From Vicugna vicugna (taxonomy: Eukaryota), in contig MU062962.1 of the NCBI GenBank assembly GCA_013265495.1, positions 2,291,223-2,355,222 on the forward strand: DNA of 64,000 bases, read 5' to 3'. This document shows positions 51,056 through 63,234 of the stretch, piece after piece. Within the stretch, counting starts at the first letter, position 1. Each line of letters begins with the position of its first letter. The notes below the pieces were generated by a model that saw nothing but the letters and a program-made list of their open reading frames with translations, was not told the origin of the DNA and ran no database searches. Position numbers and translations under genes: made by a program.

Positions 51056-51842
51056 GGCAATCCCTTTAACCTTTCTTCATGGGCCTGATTTTCCATCCCT
51101 TTAATCATCCCTGTCACTTTCTGCTGGATGGGCTCCACTCTCACCACATCCGTCCCCCAGGGTGGGACTCCCAGCCAACCGGAGGGATGGGCCCCACGAC
51201 CTGAGGAGCTGCTCCTTCAGGCCGCCCTCCCTCCTCGCAGGCCTGCCTCTGCAGCCTCTGTCCTGGGAAGCCCACAGTCAGGGGAGCCCACCCCTTCCCC
51301 CGCAAGCTGAGTCACTGTCATTCGTGACCCAGTTGGAGCCCTTCCCTCCTCCCACTTGGATGTTCCCCATGACCAGAAAGCCGCTAAATTCCCGGAATCT
51401 CCAATGAGCTGATTCTCATCGTTTTCAGTCCCCGGCCCCCACCTCCATTTCACTGCCCCATCCCAACGTGGGTCCAGACCCCCAGTCTATCCTTAGCCGG
51501 TAAGAACAAGCCCCCAGCCAGCATCCTTGCCGCCATCTTCTCCAAACAAAATCCTGGAGCCAGCTTTCGAAATAATTTTTTTTACATCAAATGTCATTTT
51601 TATCACGTCCCTCCCTTTCCCAAGAGCCATTAGTAGCTCCCTGGTGCTAAACAGTGCAGCAAATATAAACACTCGCCAGATTCTGGGTCCAGAGCGTGCT
51701 TTTCCACTCCTCTCTGCCTAGGTCCAGGGCCTCCTTCAGAAAGCGTAGCCTAGTTAATCCCCTTCTCATCCGTCCACACCTTTGCCGGCCACCCATCCCC
51801 ACAGCATTTTGTTGGGTACTGTTTTGGGGATATTGATATATG

Positions 51843-52140
51843 GGTTAGGGTTCTTTGATGGCAAGCAACCAGAGAAACCAACTCTGACTGGTTTAAGAAA
51901 CAGAAAGGGATAGATTGGAAATGTAAGGCACAGTTGGCAGAATTTTAAAAATAGCTAAGCCACACACCTAGGAAAGGACAAAACAGGGCAACTCTAAAGA
52001 TCCTTCTAGGAGACTGCCATCAGATGGTCAGCTCCGACTGTGTTCCATCCGTATTCATCTCTGCTGAGCATTCAGAGTTTCCTAAACTTGGCACGAGCTT
52101 TGTGACCAGGGGACAGAGCCCTGTGATTGGCCACCCCACC
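51843..52140. mobile_element. Old ERVL/MaLR-type LTR fragment (LTR33-like)
   Basis: ttagggttctttgatggcaagcaaccagagaaaccaactctgactggtttaag..ctgtgattggcc. Confidence 0.5.
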
Positions 52141-52163
52141 AGAACCACACCGGGTAGGGAATT

Positions 52164-52270
52164 GGTTGCCAGATTTAGAAAATAAAACTACAAGAAGTCC
52201 AGCTCGATTTGAATTTCAGATAAACCATGCATAATTGTTAGAATAAATCTATTCTGTGCAATATGTCCTG
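52164..52270. mobile_element. hAT MITE MER53, one arm only
   Basis: ggttgccagatttagaaaataaaactacaagaagtccagctcgatttgaatttcagataaac matches the MER53 terminal arm. Confidence 0.8.
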
Positions 52271-52858
52271 GTCTTGTCCTCTCATTCTACCCTTCACCCA
52301 GTTCCACTCTGCAGCTTCTAGAAGGGGTAGGCATTCCCTCAGACCGTGCCTGCGTCCCCTCTGATGGCCCCTCTTAGGTACAACAGCCCCCCTGTTGTAC
52401 CTAAGAAAGTTCTTTAATCCACCATCACGGTGGCTCTGGGTTTTCTTTCTTTCTCCTTAATTTTAATAATCCAGTTTAGATCATCTCAAAACTACACAGT
52501 AACTGACACAAACAAAAAGGCCCATGTGTCCTTTGCAATCATTTATTATGTATTTCCTCCTTACGTCTATTCAGGAAAAAACAACTTTTTTGCCTTGTCT
52601 CTTTTGCCAAATACTCCTAAAACAGCCCTAATAATATTTAGTGTTTGTCTACCTCTGCACAGCTTAACATGTATGTTCATATTCATTATTCCATTCAATA
52701 TCATAAATTATCATAATTAGTGAGTTAAGTGGTTCGTTGGCACTGTTTAGTATAGTCCCCCATTTCACAGATGAGAGATTAAAACTTTGATAGTGAGATT
52801 ATAAAAGATTCAAGGTTGTGGGTCCAGGACTTGGAACAAGGTGTTCTTTTAGCTATAT

Positions 52859-53074
52859 CAGGGGTCAGCAAACTTTTCCTGTAAAGCACTACATAGTAAA
52901 CATGTCAGGCTTTGTACGTGCCATTCAATCTCTGTCGAAACTACTCAACTCTGCCATTGCACAAAAGCCTCCATAGTCCATACGTGAGTGAATAGGTGGA
53001 TGTTCCAATAAACTGTATTTGCAGAAAAGGTCAACAGGCCATATGTGGCCCATGGGCTGCAGTTGCTACACCTC
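52859..53074 (-). mobile_element. hAT-Charlie MITE MER58A, near full length
   Basis: caggggtcagcaaacttttcctgtaaag..tctctgtcgaaactactcaactctgccattg..gttccaataaactgtattt. Confidence 0.88.
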
Positions 53075-54499
53075 CTCTGTACACAATAAACTCTTTCCAA
53101 TCTTTATGTGTCTGTCAAAGTCTACCTCCAATTGGGATGTCATCATTTTGACCTATATCAATATTAGATCATTTTTTTCTCTCCTTCTTACCTCTTACAT
53201 GTCAGTATTTTTTGGATAATAACTGACTTGGTTTCCCACGACCCCCTTGGTCTCTCCTACAATATGGCAAAGTCTTCTCTCATGCTATGAACATGCCCAG
53301 CTAAGCTCATCCTTCCTCCCCTGGCTCTTTCTTCACCTGCATGTGACACCAGTTCTGATGGGCCTTGCGAGGGGGCCTTTCTGGGACAGGGCATTCCTGG
53401 AGATCCCCTAGATTAACCGGGATAAATCATCCTTCCAGCTTCCCCTCATTGTGGGTTTCACGTGCCTCTTCGCTTAGGCCTGCTTCATGGCAAATTGGTC
53501 CCCAGGAAACTCATGTCATGGAATGGTAACCCCACCCGCAGGCCTTCCTGTGCCATCTCCAGCCCTGGTCCACGGAATATGGAGACTGGTTTGTTCCATC
53601 TTCTGCGTGCAGAGTGGAAGACTGACTCAACGGCTTCTCCTCGAGAGGGCACGAGTCGCCTGGAGCAAGCCAGCTGGTTTGGTTTATACCCTTCACTGCT
53701 TATAGATCCTGGGACAGGGAAGTTTGGGGACTGTGTATCCTTGGCATCATCCTGGGCCAGAAGGATTCTGGTTCTAGGGAGCAGACACCACTGTTGAGGG
53801 TTGTTGCTGTTCCCAGAGAGCTCCACTTTGGGACACATTTAAGCCTTGAGAAGGCCGAATCAAATATGTCTCAAAAAAGTGGATCTCATGCATGGCTTTT
53901 GAGCTATGCTGGGTTGAGCACATTCTCTGCCTCCTATTTAAAATAAAGTACATTAATATTCAATAAAAGCTTTAGAGTTATAAATGTCAGTTTCATTGAT
54001 CACGTTCATCACCATCTTTATGGATACTGTTTATAAAGACAATATAAGCCTGTACCCTTCGACACCACGATAAACTAAGGTGGTTTCTCTGGGGTTCGAG
54101 TTCCTTGTTTGCAGATGAGGGATTGGGGCGACTTGATCTCTATAATCTCTTTTGATTCTATGCTCGGGTACGTACACACAAAAACATACACCTAGAGGTC
54201 CACTTAAAGAGTTGGAATCCCTTATATAAGGTGTTAATCATGTCCCATTGGCTCGTATAATGTGGAATTCTGGTTCCAGGAAGGCAGTCACCACGGTTGA
54301 GGATTTGCAATCCAGTGTGGTTCTGGTGGGGTGGCCAATCACAGGGCTCTGTCCCCTGGTCAAAAAGTTCATTCAGATTCTAGGAAACTCTGAATTTTCA
54401 GCAGAGATGAATAAAGATGGAAGAACGTGAATGCCAACGACCCTCTCCAAATGTCTTCATAAAGTCTCCAGAAGGGTCAAGAGAGGCAGCAGAGGGTAG

Positions 54500-54712
54500 A
54501 GGGTACAAGCAACACGTGGGCTCTGAATGTCCTGCCTCTACCATTTAGAGGCTGTGTGACCTTGAGCAAATGATTTAACTGGTTCAATTCCAGTTTCCTC
54601 GTCTGTAAAGAGTAGCAGAGTAGTAGTATGGTAATAGTGCTTCTCTCATAGAGGTGCTGTAGTAGTTGAGATAATGTATACAGAGCACCTGACATAACAC
54701 TGGCTTAATAGT
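54500..54712 (+). mobile_element. MIR SINE
   Basis: gctgtgtgaccttgagcaaatgatttaac..cagtttcctcgtctgtaaa..agagcacctgacataa. Confidence 0.8.
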
Positions 54713-55974
54713 AACTACTCCGTAAATATCACTGTTACTGCAATTGGTGTTGACACGTTGGGCTTTTTTCCTCAAGTTCAGCTCTAATTTTGAGCTGACC
54801 ACTCTGCCTGCTTTTCTGACTGTGAAACAGGGATAATGATTTAGCAGGAGAGACAAATAAGTCAAAGTTAGTTATGAGCTGGGGAAACAGCTCCGGCTCC
54901 TTGCCCAGATCCTTGGCCCAAATGACCTCCAGGTTGAGACAGGGTCTCCTCTGAAGGGGTGGCCTCCAGGCTGGGGTTCAGGTTTTCGGAAAGAGATCAG
55001 GGGCTGTCACAAATGAGAGGTTCAGAGAATTAGGGGAACAGGCCAGGAAATGTGAGAGACTAATGTACAGTTTTCCTTATGAACAATTTTTTGGACATTA
55101 TGATTTTTAGTCAAATTGTGTCGTCCTTTGAAAGTCCTGCAGGTTGAGGGCAAAAGAAATCAGAGAATTCCTACAACCAAAATACAAAGGGTTGAGAATG
55201 GACCCTGGAGAAGGGTCGTGCTTCAGGGGTAACTCAATAAACCAGACTGTACTATTTGCAACATCTTCATACTATTAAAAAAAAATTACAAGGAAGAAAA
55301 GCAGACCACCAAGAACGTCATTTTCCTGGTGATAGAAGCAATGTGCTAGACAAAACAACCCTTTCTCCTTTTCCGTGGGTTACTTGGCAGCGGCAGAAAA
55401 CACTTGACAAAAAGTTCCAGGAAAGCTTCATATTGAGTTTGAAAAGTACAAATTCCCACAACAATCAGTGACTAAAGTAGCAACATTTTAGTCCTTCGCA
55501 GGAATCTGGTTATTATTACCATTAATGCCAAGTATCTTGTTTCTATTCTTTTTGATTTAAGGTAATTTTCTTTGTAAAAGGCCTGCTTTGTTAAGCTCTA
55601 CACAGTTACATTGGTTTCGGGAGAAAGAGAACTGGGCATGTTGGGAAAGTATCGTGTTGTTTTGAAACTTTAGAGGACCTGGTTGTGAAGAACCCCCTTT
55701 GTTTTTGCTCTGAATCTGATGCAGCCCTCCGGTCTTCGCTTTCTAGTTCAGTGCCCTCCTTTCAGCGTTGTCCACTCTGATGATGATATCTCTACCTGAA
55801 CATGACAATTTCCAAGGACAGTCTCCAAGAGGCTGTACCTACCTGGTCACTCTTGGCTATGACCCAGTCAAAGAGACCCAGTCAATGCTGATGTGTAGAA
55901 AGTGACCTCATGACTCAGGGCCCATCTTACAGGCAATGAGGAGGGACAGATACCAAAGAGTGAAATATCTCGCT

Positions 55975-56195
55975 CAGTGGTTCTCAACCAGGGGCAGTTT
56001 TGGCCTTCAGGACACATTTGGCAATGTCTAGAGACATTTTTGATTAGCACAACTTGGGCAGGGGTTGGGGTTCCATTGGCATCTAGTGGGTAGAGGGTAG
56101 ATGCTCTGTTAAACGTCCTACAAAGCGCAGGAAAGATCCCACAGAAAGACTTATCCAGCCCCAAATGTCAACAGTGCTGAGGATGGGAAACCCTG
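55975..56195 (+). mobile_element. hAT-Charlie MITE MER20, full length
   Basis: cagtggttctcaaccaggggcagtttt..catttggcaatgtctagagacattttt..ggcatctagtgggtagagg..aaatgtcaacagtgctgagg..gaaaccctg. Confidence 0.93.
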
Positions 56196-56539
56196 AGACA
56201 GAGACATGGACGGCCCTCATGGGCTGGCCCCGCCCACCTGCCGCCATATTTGACCCTCTCCCCCCTCACTCCCTGAACTCCAGACACACAGACACCTTGA
56301 CTGCATTGTGTTCCCTCAGCATGTTTGGATCCCTCTGCCTGCTGGGCCCTTCCCTCTCGTTAATGCCTTCTCATCCTCCAGATCTCAGCTCAGTAGATCC
56401 TTTCTTGGGAAGACTTTCCCTCAAGACTTTCCCCATTACCTGTTCTCTCGCCTTTATTCTGTCTTTTTTCATGGAGTTTGAAAGTGTCTTTCTGACTTTT
56501 TTGGAGCTCCCTAAGCTCCCTGCCTCTTAGCTCTTAAGG

Positions 56540-56787
56540 GTACGGGCTAACAGCACTGACTCTGGAGCCAGATGGCTGCTGTTTGAATCCCCACTCTGGT
56601 ATGTTCTAGCTGTGTGACCTTGGGCAAGTTACTTAACTTCTCTGTCTCTGTACCTTGAGCATGAAGATAATAACTGTATCTAGATCACAGGGGTGCTGTA
56701 AAGACTGAATGAGAGGTGCTTGTTAAGGGCTTAGAACGGTGTCAGGTTCACCGTGAACATCATATAAAAGCTTGCTATTATTATTAC
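56540..56787 (+). mobile_element. MIR SINE, near full length
   Basis: gactctggagccaga..tttgaatccc..ctagctgtgtgaccttgggcaagttacttaacttctctgt..gcttagaacggtg..ctattattattac. Confidence 0.9.
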
Positions 56788-58285
56788 TTCAAGAATTACA
56801 AACTGCCCTTCTAAATCATGGAGCTGCATAAGAAAGACATGAAGCATATTCTCTTCCCAGTAGCATGACTTTGCATCACTGTCTTTTCTCTACCAGATCT
56901 CTGCCAGATGACTTGAGGCAAGAGAGTCAAAGTCAACACTTTCTACTTATGGATAAAGAAATGGAGACACAGAGAGGTTAAAGGATTTGGAAAAATCACA
57001 TAACAGGTTTCTTTCCACCAAATCAATCGTTCTCTCTCTTCCCCCTTCCCCCACCTCCACTCCTCCCATCCCCACTCTGAAGCGATAACTGGTAGAATTC
57101 CTGATCTACACTAAATGAATATCCCATAGCAACTATCTCCATCTGACTATAAGTCCCAGCTCCCCAGCCTTTCTACAAAAGACCTGGGAGTTATAAAATC
57201 CATGCTTATCAGAACAAAGCACATCAAACAGAACACAGCAAGGTTTCTAATCAGAGACTTAAGGTGCTTATACAACAGCCTTGGAGGTAGGGGGAACCAG
57301 GCCTCAAAAAAAAAAGAGTAGACCAAGGGCAAATAATAACCTAAATAAATTAAGAAAACACTGAGACAGTCTGCTGAAGTTTTCTGCTATTACATCATTG
57401 ATCCTGAGCCGGGGCTGCGGAATGTCTCCGCAGGGCTACATGGCCAGAGCCATATCTCATTTGTTTTAACTCCCTCAAGTCCTATTTCACTCTTTGACAC
57501 CCTCCCAGCCTCTTATGGTTGTTTTCACTCTTTTTCCACCTCCTACGGGCTTTTATAAGCTTACTCTTTGCCAATAACTCTGGTGTTTTAGCCCAAAGCA
57601 TTCCTAGGACCTTAGACCTCATGGAGGGGAGTGTGGTGTCCAGACTGTGGGGTGGCAATGCCTCTGACCTCTTGTCTGGCCACACCTGGGGAGCCCACCC
57701 CTGTCTGGGGCCCTCCTCTTTAAGAAGGACTTGAACAGACTGGCATAGTATAAGAGAAGTAGAATCAGGATAAGACACTTCATCATGTGAGGACAAGAGG
57801 GTAGAAGAAAATTGGGGTGGAACCGAAGAGCTGTCTTCAACAAGCTGTAGAGCTATTGAGTTTTCAGCTTTCAGCAACCTTACAGAAAGAACTAATATGA
57901 ACTTCTAGTTCTACTACAACCCATAAAAATACTGGTAAAATATAGCAAACATGTTTTAATAAATATAAGTAAGCTCATAAAAATAGAGTAAAATCTCTAG
58001 GTGCCAGGAAAAAAAAAAAAAAGAGGGAACTTCTAGTCAGAGTGGCAAACTTCACTGATGCCTTATGGAGATACTGACCCAAATGTCTAGAGGCTGGGGT
58101 TTTAATGCCTACAAAAGAGCAAAAGATGGAGCTTTGGGGTCCTTAATAGAGAATCTAGAAGCATTCCGTGGAGACTCTGGGAGGATAGTTGCCTCAGTTT
58201 AAGCACTGCTCACAGGCTCAGGAAGACTCCAGTGGTACATGTCTCTTTCCAGAGTTGCAGATAAAAAAACAAAAGTACCCCTGAG

Positions 58286-58582
58286 GGACTCATAGACATA
58301 GTAAACAATCTTATGGTTACAGGGGGAAAAGGGGTGGGAAGGGATAAATTTTGGAGTTTGAGATTTACAAAGGTTAGCCACTATATATAAAAATAGATTT
58401 TGAAAAAAGTTTCTTCTGTATAGCACAGGGAACTATGTTCAATATCTTGTAATAATTTTTGATGAAAAAATATGAAAATGGATATATGTATGTATATGCA
58501 TCACCGGAACATTGTGCTGTACACCAGAAATTGACACATTTTTATTGACTATACTTAAATAAAAATAATAATAAAATATTTT
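58286..58582 (+). mobile_element. 5'-truncated camelid L1 3' UTR with degenerate TSD
   Basis: Flanks aaaagtacccctgag (58271-58285) / aaatgtactcctgag (58584-58598). L1 3' UTR with AATAAA tail. Confidence 0.88.
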
Positions 58583-58659
58583 AAAATGTACTCCTGAGAA
58601 ACAAGACCTCAAATCATCAGCAAACACAAGAGTGTTCTCCAAATTTGCACTCCTTACTT

Positions 58660-59080
58660 GTTCTATTAATCAGGGTTCTTCAGAGAAACAGAAACATTAG
58701 AATGTGTTTATACAGAGAAAGAGAGGATTTTTTTTTTAAAGTATTGGTTCATGCAATTGTGGGGACTGGTAAGTTCGAAATCTGCAAGACAGGCCAGCAG
58801 GCTCAAGACTTGTGGAAGTGTTTATGTTGTAGTATGTGCAAATTCAAAGATAATCTGGTGACAGAATTTCCTCTTCAGGAGACCTCAGTCTTTCTCCCTT
58901 AAGATTGTCAACTGATTGAATGTGGCCCACCCACATTATGAAGGGTAATCTGCTTGACTCAAAGTCTACTGATATAAATTAATCACATCTAAAAATCACA
59001 GCAATGTCTAACCTGGTATTTGGCCACAAACTAGGTACCATGGCCGAGCCAAGCTGACACATAAAGTTAATCACCATCTC
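58660..59080 (-). mobile_element. ERVL solo LTR, MLT2-type
   Basis: tattaatcagggttcttcagagaaacagaa..gcccacccacattatgaagggtaatctgctt..gccaagctgacacataaagttaatcaccatc. Confidence 0.9.
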
Positions 59081-59552
59081 TGGTATGTGAAATGCAAACC
59101 AAAAAGTTAATTAAAGAATTGGTCTTGGACTGCCCTCTTGGAGCAGAACAAATGAAAAACTTCTCTGCAGAGAACCTTTCTTATCCCAAGGATAAGATGT
59201 GCTCACAACCAAAATTACAAATCACCATGAGGAAGACTGGAAGATAAATGAGGGGATTATCACCTCAAGAATTTAAAATGACAGAACAACCTGAAATAAA
59301 CCATAATATATGCTTTATATGTTAAATAAATAAAAGAATGACTAGAAACCATAAAGAATGAATATAACACTGGAAAAAAATATATAAATTTGAAGAAGAA
59401 ACTTCTAGAACTTCTAGAAATAAAAGATATAAAGATAGAGAAAACAGCAAATTAGATAAAACTGAAGAGAGACTTAGCGAACCAAAAAAATGAATCTTGG
59501 AAAATTATCTAGTATATAGCTAAAACAATCAAGAGAAATAAAATATAAAGAG

Positions 59553-59590
59553 AGAATATAAGACTTGAAGAAGAATATAAGACTTGAAGA
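59553..59590. repeat. Perfect 19-bp tandem duplication
   Basis: agaatataagacttgaaga x2. Confidence 0.95.
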
Positions 59591-59974
59591 AAAATTAATC
59601 TATTATGAGTACCAGAGGGAGAGTCAGAGAGAAGGAAGGAGAAGCAATATTCAAAAATATTGACTAAGAATTTCTTAGATTGATGAAAGACAGATATTCA
59701 GACTAAAAAGGCACTTAGAAATTTGAGCAAGATAAATATAAAAATACACGTAGGCTCATTATAGTGAAACTGCAGAGCAGCAACAAGAGAGAAAAATCAT
59801 GATGGCACCAGGAAGAAAAGAAAGATCACCTATAAGAAAAAATAGAGAGCAGACTTGGCATCAGCAACCACAGAGGCCAATAGAATAATATTTTTATGCT
59901 GAAGGAGAATAGCTATCATTGCAGAACATCAAGCCAAGGTTAACTGTCATTCAAGAGTAGAGAATTTTTTTTTA

Positions 59975-60146
59975 NNNNNNNNNNNNNNNNNNNNNNNNNN
60001 NNNNNNNNNNNNNNNNNNNNNNNNNNNNNNNNNNNNNNNNNNNNNNNNNNNNNNNNNNNNNNNNNNNNNNNNNNNNNNNNNNNNNNNNNNNNNNNNNNNN
60101 NNNNNNNNNNNNNNNNNNNNNNNNNNNNNNNNNNNNNNNNNNNNNN
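59975..60146. other. N-run, 172 nt
   Basis: Counted directly; abuts an L1 3' end. Confidence 0.99.
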
Positions 60147-60503
60147 TACAGAGTGAAGTAAGTTGGAGAAAGACAAATATTATATGATATCACTTTTATG
60201 CGGAATCTAAAAAATAATACAAATGAATCTATATACAAAACAGAAACAGACTCAGACATAGAAAACAAACTTGTGATTAAAAGGGGCAAAGGGAGGAGGG
60301 TGGATAAATTAGGAGTATGGGATTAACAGATATAAACTACTATACATAAAATAGATAAGCAAAAAGGATTTACACAGGGAACTATATTCATTATTTTGTA
60401 ATAACCTATAATAGAAAATCATCTGAAAAGTATATATAGATATGAATCATTTTGCTGTATACCTGAAACTAACACAATGTTGTGAATCAATTATATTCAA
60501 TTA
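60147..60503 (+). mobile_element. Artiodactyl-type L1 3' end (older 3' UTR variant)
   Basis: gagtgaagtaag..gacaaatattatatgatatcact..gggattaacagatataaactactatacataaaatagataagc..ttttgctgtatacctgaaactaacacaatg. Confidence 0.88.
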
Positions 60504-60824
60504 TTTGAATGCTTTACAAAACGACATATCTTCAGAAAAAGAAAAGAGAGTTAATCATTTATAGAAGGAAACTGCTAAGGAGTAGGATCAAGAAACAATG
60601 ATTAATGAAGAAATGGATGAGCATGTGGATAAATCTAAATAAAAAATTGACTATGGAATAGCAACAATAGTAGTAATATCTGATTTTTGCAGAGTTTAAA
60701 AACAAAGTAGAACTTAAATGCTAAATAATAATAACATGAAACTTGAAAAGGAGTGATTAGAATGAGAACATTCCAAGGACAGATTCAGATACACTGTAAA
60801 ATTATTACAGTAATATGCATGAGT

Positions 60825-61275
60825 TATAGATACTTGGAGCTGCCCACACAATATATTCCCTTTCTCCTTTCTTATCATAGAACCTTGATTTTCTACAAGG
60901 CAGCTACAAACACTCACCTTCCCAGACTGCCTTGCAGCTGTAGTAGCAATGTGTTACAGTCCTGGCCAATGAAATATAAGCACAGCTTACTGGTAGGTTT
61001 CCAGAAAGAACACTTTGCCCTTTACCCTTCTTCCTCTGGGGAACAAGAACACAATAACTGGACGAGCAGCAGGGATCTTGTAACCACTAAGAGAGGACAG
61101 AATCACATACTAGGGATGGGAGAAACAGATAATTAAAAGAATCTGGGTGCTTGATGATATTTTTAAAGAAACGCACTGGCTTTCTACTGCTTAACACTGG
61201 CCTTCTCGCTATAAAATAACCGCTTCCTACCTAATCCATTGTTTTCTGTTATCTGCACCCAAATGCAATCCTAAA
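60825..61275 (+). mobile_element. MaLR solo LTR, MLT1J-like
   Basis: cttcccagactgccttgcagct..ctggccaatgaaatataagcacag..ctgggtgcttgatgata..ctgttatctgcacccaaatgcaatcctaa. Confidence 0.75.
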
Positions 61276-61758
61276 TTGCACAGCATATTCAAAATTAAGG
61301 ATAATCACCAAAAGAAGAGAATTTGAATGCATGTAATTTTTAAAACAGTAAAAGAGAAAAAAAGATGGACTAAAGAAAGCAGTCAATACAACAGAGGACA
61401 GAAATGAACAAAGAAGCTAAAAGATTAAAATAAAAACATTAGGCTATCAATATATACCAGTAATAACTGGGTTCCAATAGTAAATATAAATGAAAAGGAT
61501 TAAAATTACCTGCTAAAACACAGAAATGCTAAGTTCAAATAGGAAACACAGCTCTTTTTTTTCTAGCAGACATAATTAAAATATAATAACAGAAAGATTG
61601 AAAGTAACAAGATTGGGGGAAAAATATATCAAGCAATCATTATCCAGAAGAACAAGTGATGAAGCAACACTAAAATCAGAAAAAGTAGTGGAAATGATAA
61701 CAAAATGAATAAAAGAAAAATTCTCCAAGGTATACCTAAACTTTGGTACACCTAAGAA

Positions 61759-61921
61759 NNNNNNNNNNNNNNNNNNNNNNNNNNNNNNNNNNNNNNNNNN
61801 NNNNNNNNNNNNNNNNNNNNNNNNNNNNNNNNNNNNNNNNNNNNNNNNNNNNNNNNNNNNNNNNNNNNNNNNNNNNNNNNNNNNNNNNNNNNNNNNNNNN
61901 NNNNNNNNNNNNNNNNNNNNN
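61759..61921. other. N-run, 163 nt
   Basis: Counted directly. Confidence 0.99.
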
Positions 61922-62169
61922 GAAAAGGAAAGAAAGAATTGACAAATTAATCATCAAAATGAGAGATTTTATCTGAAAGCAGGCTGAGACAAATGAGTGA
62001 AAATTACAGAAGGAAAGGACATTGACTCAATCTGTAGAGGAAAATTTTTGACTTTCAGAGTTGATCAAAATTGAAATGGGCTGCCTTGGAAAGGAGAATT
62101 ACAAAAACCTGGAGGTTTTGCATAATATGTATGACCCTCAGTGAGGCTGCTGCTGGCATATGCAAGCGT

Positions 62170-62306
62170 CAGACACTGGGCTCCAGGGCACAGGAACCAT
62201 GTCCATTCTGTTCACTCCTATTTACCCAAAGCCCAGAGCAGCGCCTGGCACACAACAGTCATTACTAAGTAAGTCATTACTAAGTAATGAATGAATGAAT
62301 GAATGA
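62170..62306 (+). mobile_element. LINE-2 3' tail with (GAAT)n and a perfect 15-bp tandem duplication
   Basis: cccagagcagcgcctggcacacaac, then agtcattactaagta x2 (62257-62286), then (atga)n. Confidence 0.8.
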
Positions 62307-62870
62307 TCCAGACAATAAAATGGATAAAGTCACCTCTAGCATAGCTTCTGATTCTAAGATTCAGTGATTCTCACATGCCCATTCCTCTGCTCTTGGCCCT
62401 TACTCCATTCTGAGCTCCAGGATTACCACAGACCACGAGACTGAGGCTGGCACTGAGAAGCAGGGGCAGGGTAAGGAACGGTTGGAAGAGTAATACAGAA
62501 GCTCCAAGAACGAGAGCCAGCTCTGCGGAGAGCTTCCAAGCGTCTTCCTGTCACAGAAATTCCACTTGGCCGCAGTAATTGCCCTGGCCTTGGGCCTGGA
62601 GGGAGGCGGCGGCTGGCCTGCCCACAGCAGGGACTTCCAGCTTGTTTTGTCTGTGCTGCTTTACAAGGGTGGAGAAGCAAGACCGTGAGTAGGTCACCAC
62701 GTCAGTCAGGTCCAGAAACCAAGCTTCTCCACATGCTGGGTTCTGGGACACATTGAAAGAAGGAGATGAGGTCCCTGGCTCCAGGGATTCCTTAGATCAC
62801 AGAGGGACAGGGTCCCTGTACTTGGGACCCTTCAGTCTGATGGAGAGACACAGCCAGCCCTCTTGGAGCC

Positions 62871-63234
62871 TGCTATGGANNNNNNNNNNNNNNNNNNNNN
62901 NNNNNNNNNNNNNNNNNNNNNNNNNNNNNNNNNNNNNNNNNNNNNNNNNNNNNNNNNNNNNNNNNNNNNNNNNNNNNNNNNNNNNNNNNNNNNNNNNNNN
63001 NNNNNNNNNNNNNNNNNNNNNNNNNNNNNNNNNNNNNNNNNNNNNNNNNNNNNNNNNNNNNNNNNNNNNNNNNNNNNNNNNNNNNNNNNNNNNNNNNNNN
63101 NNNNNNNNNNNNNNNCAAGAACTGCTGGCATCTTGATCTGGGACTTCCAGAACAGTGAGAAAATTAATTTCTGTTGTTTATAAGAAACCTGGTCTCTGGT
63201 ACTTTTTGAATAGCAGCCCAAGCAGACTAAGACA
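62871..63234 (+). mobile_element. MaLR solo LTR, MLT1A-like, interior hidden by a 236-nt N-run (62880-63115)
   Basis: Starts tgctatgga and ends agcagcccaagcagactaagaca. 5-bp TSD gagcc / gagtc. Confidence 0.88.

Larger units (their letters stand above)
57860..61990 (+). mobile_element. Old L1 (5' region, ORF1 fossil, start of ORF2 endonuclease) with nested insertions
   Basis: ORF1-like sequence at 59200-59960 (gagtaccagagggagag..gaagcaatattcaaaa..ctaagaatttc). APE-domain-like sequence at 61470-61700 (gtaaatataaatga..ggattaaa..agattgaaagtaacaagattggggg..caacactaaaatcagaaaaag). Confidence 0.75.

Noticed and set aside
54085-54165. Pol III B-box-like GGTTCGAGTTCC
   Set aside because: No A box or cloverleaf; adjacent sequence resembles a MIR3 3' end.
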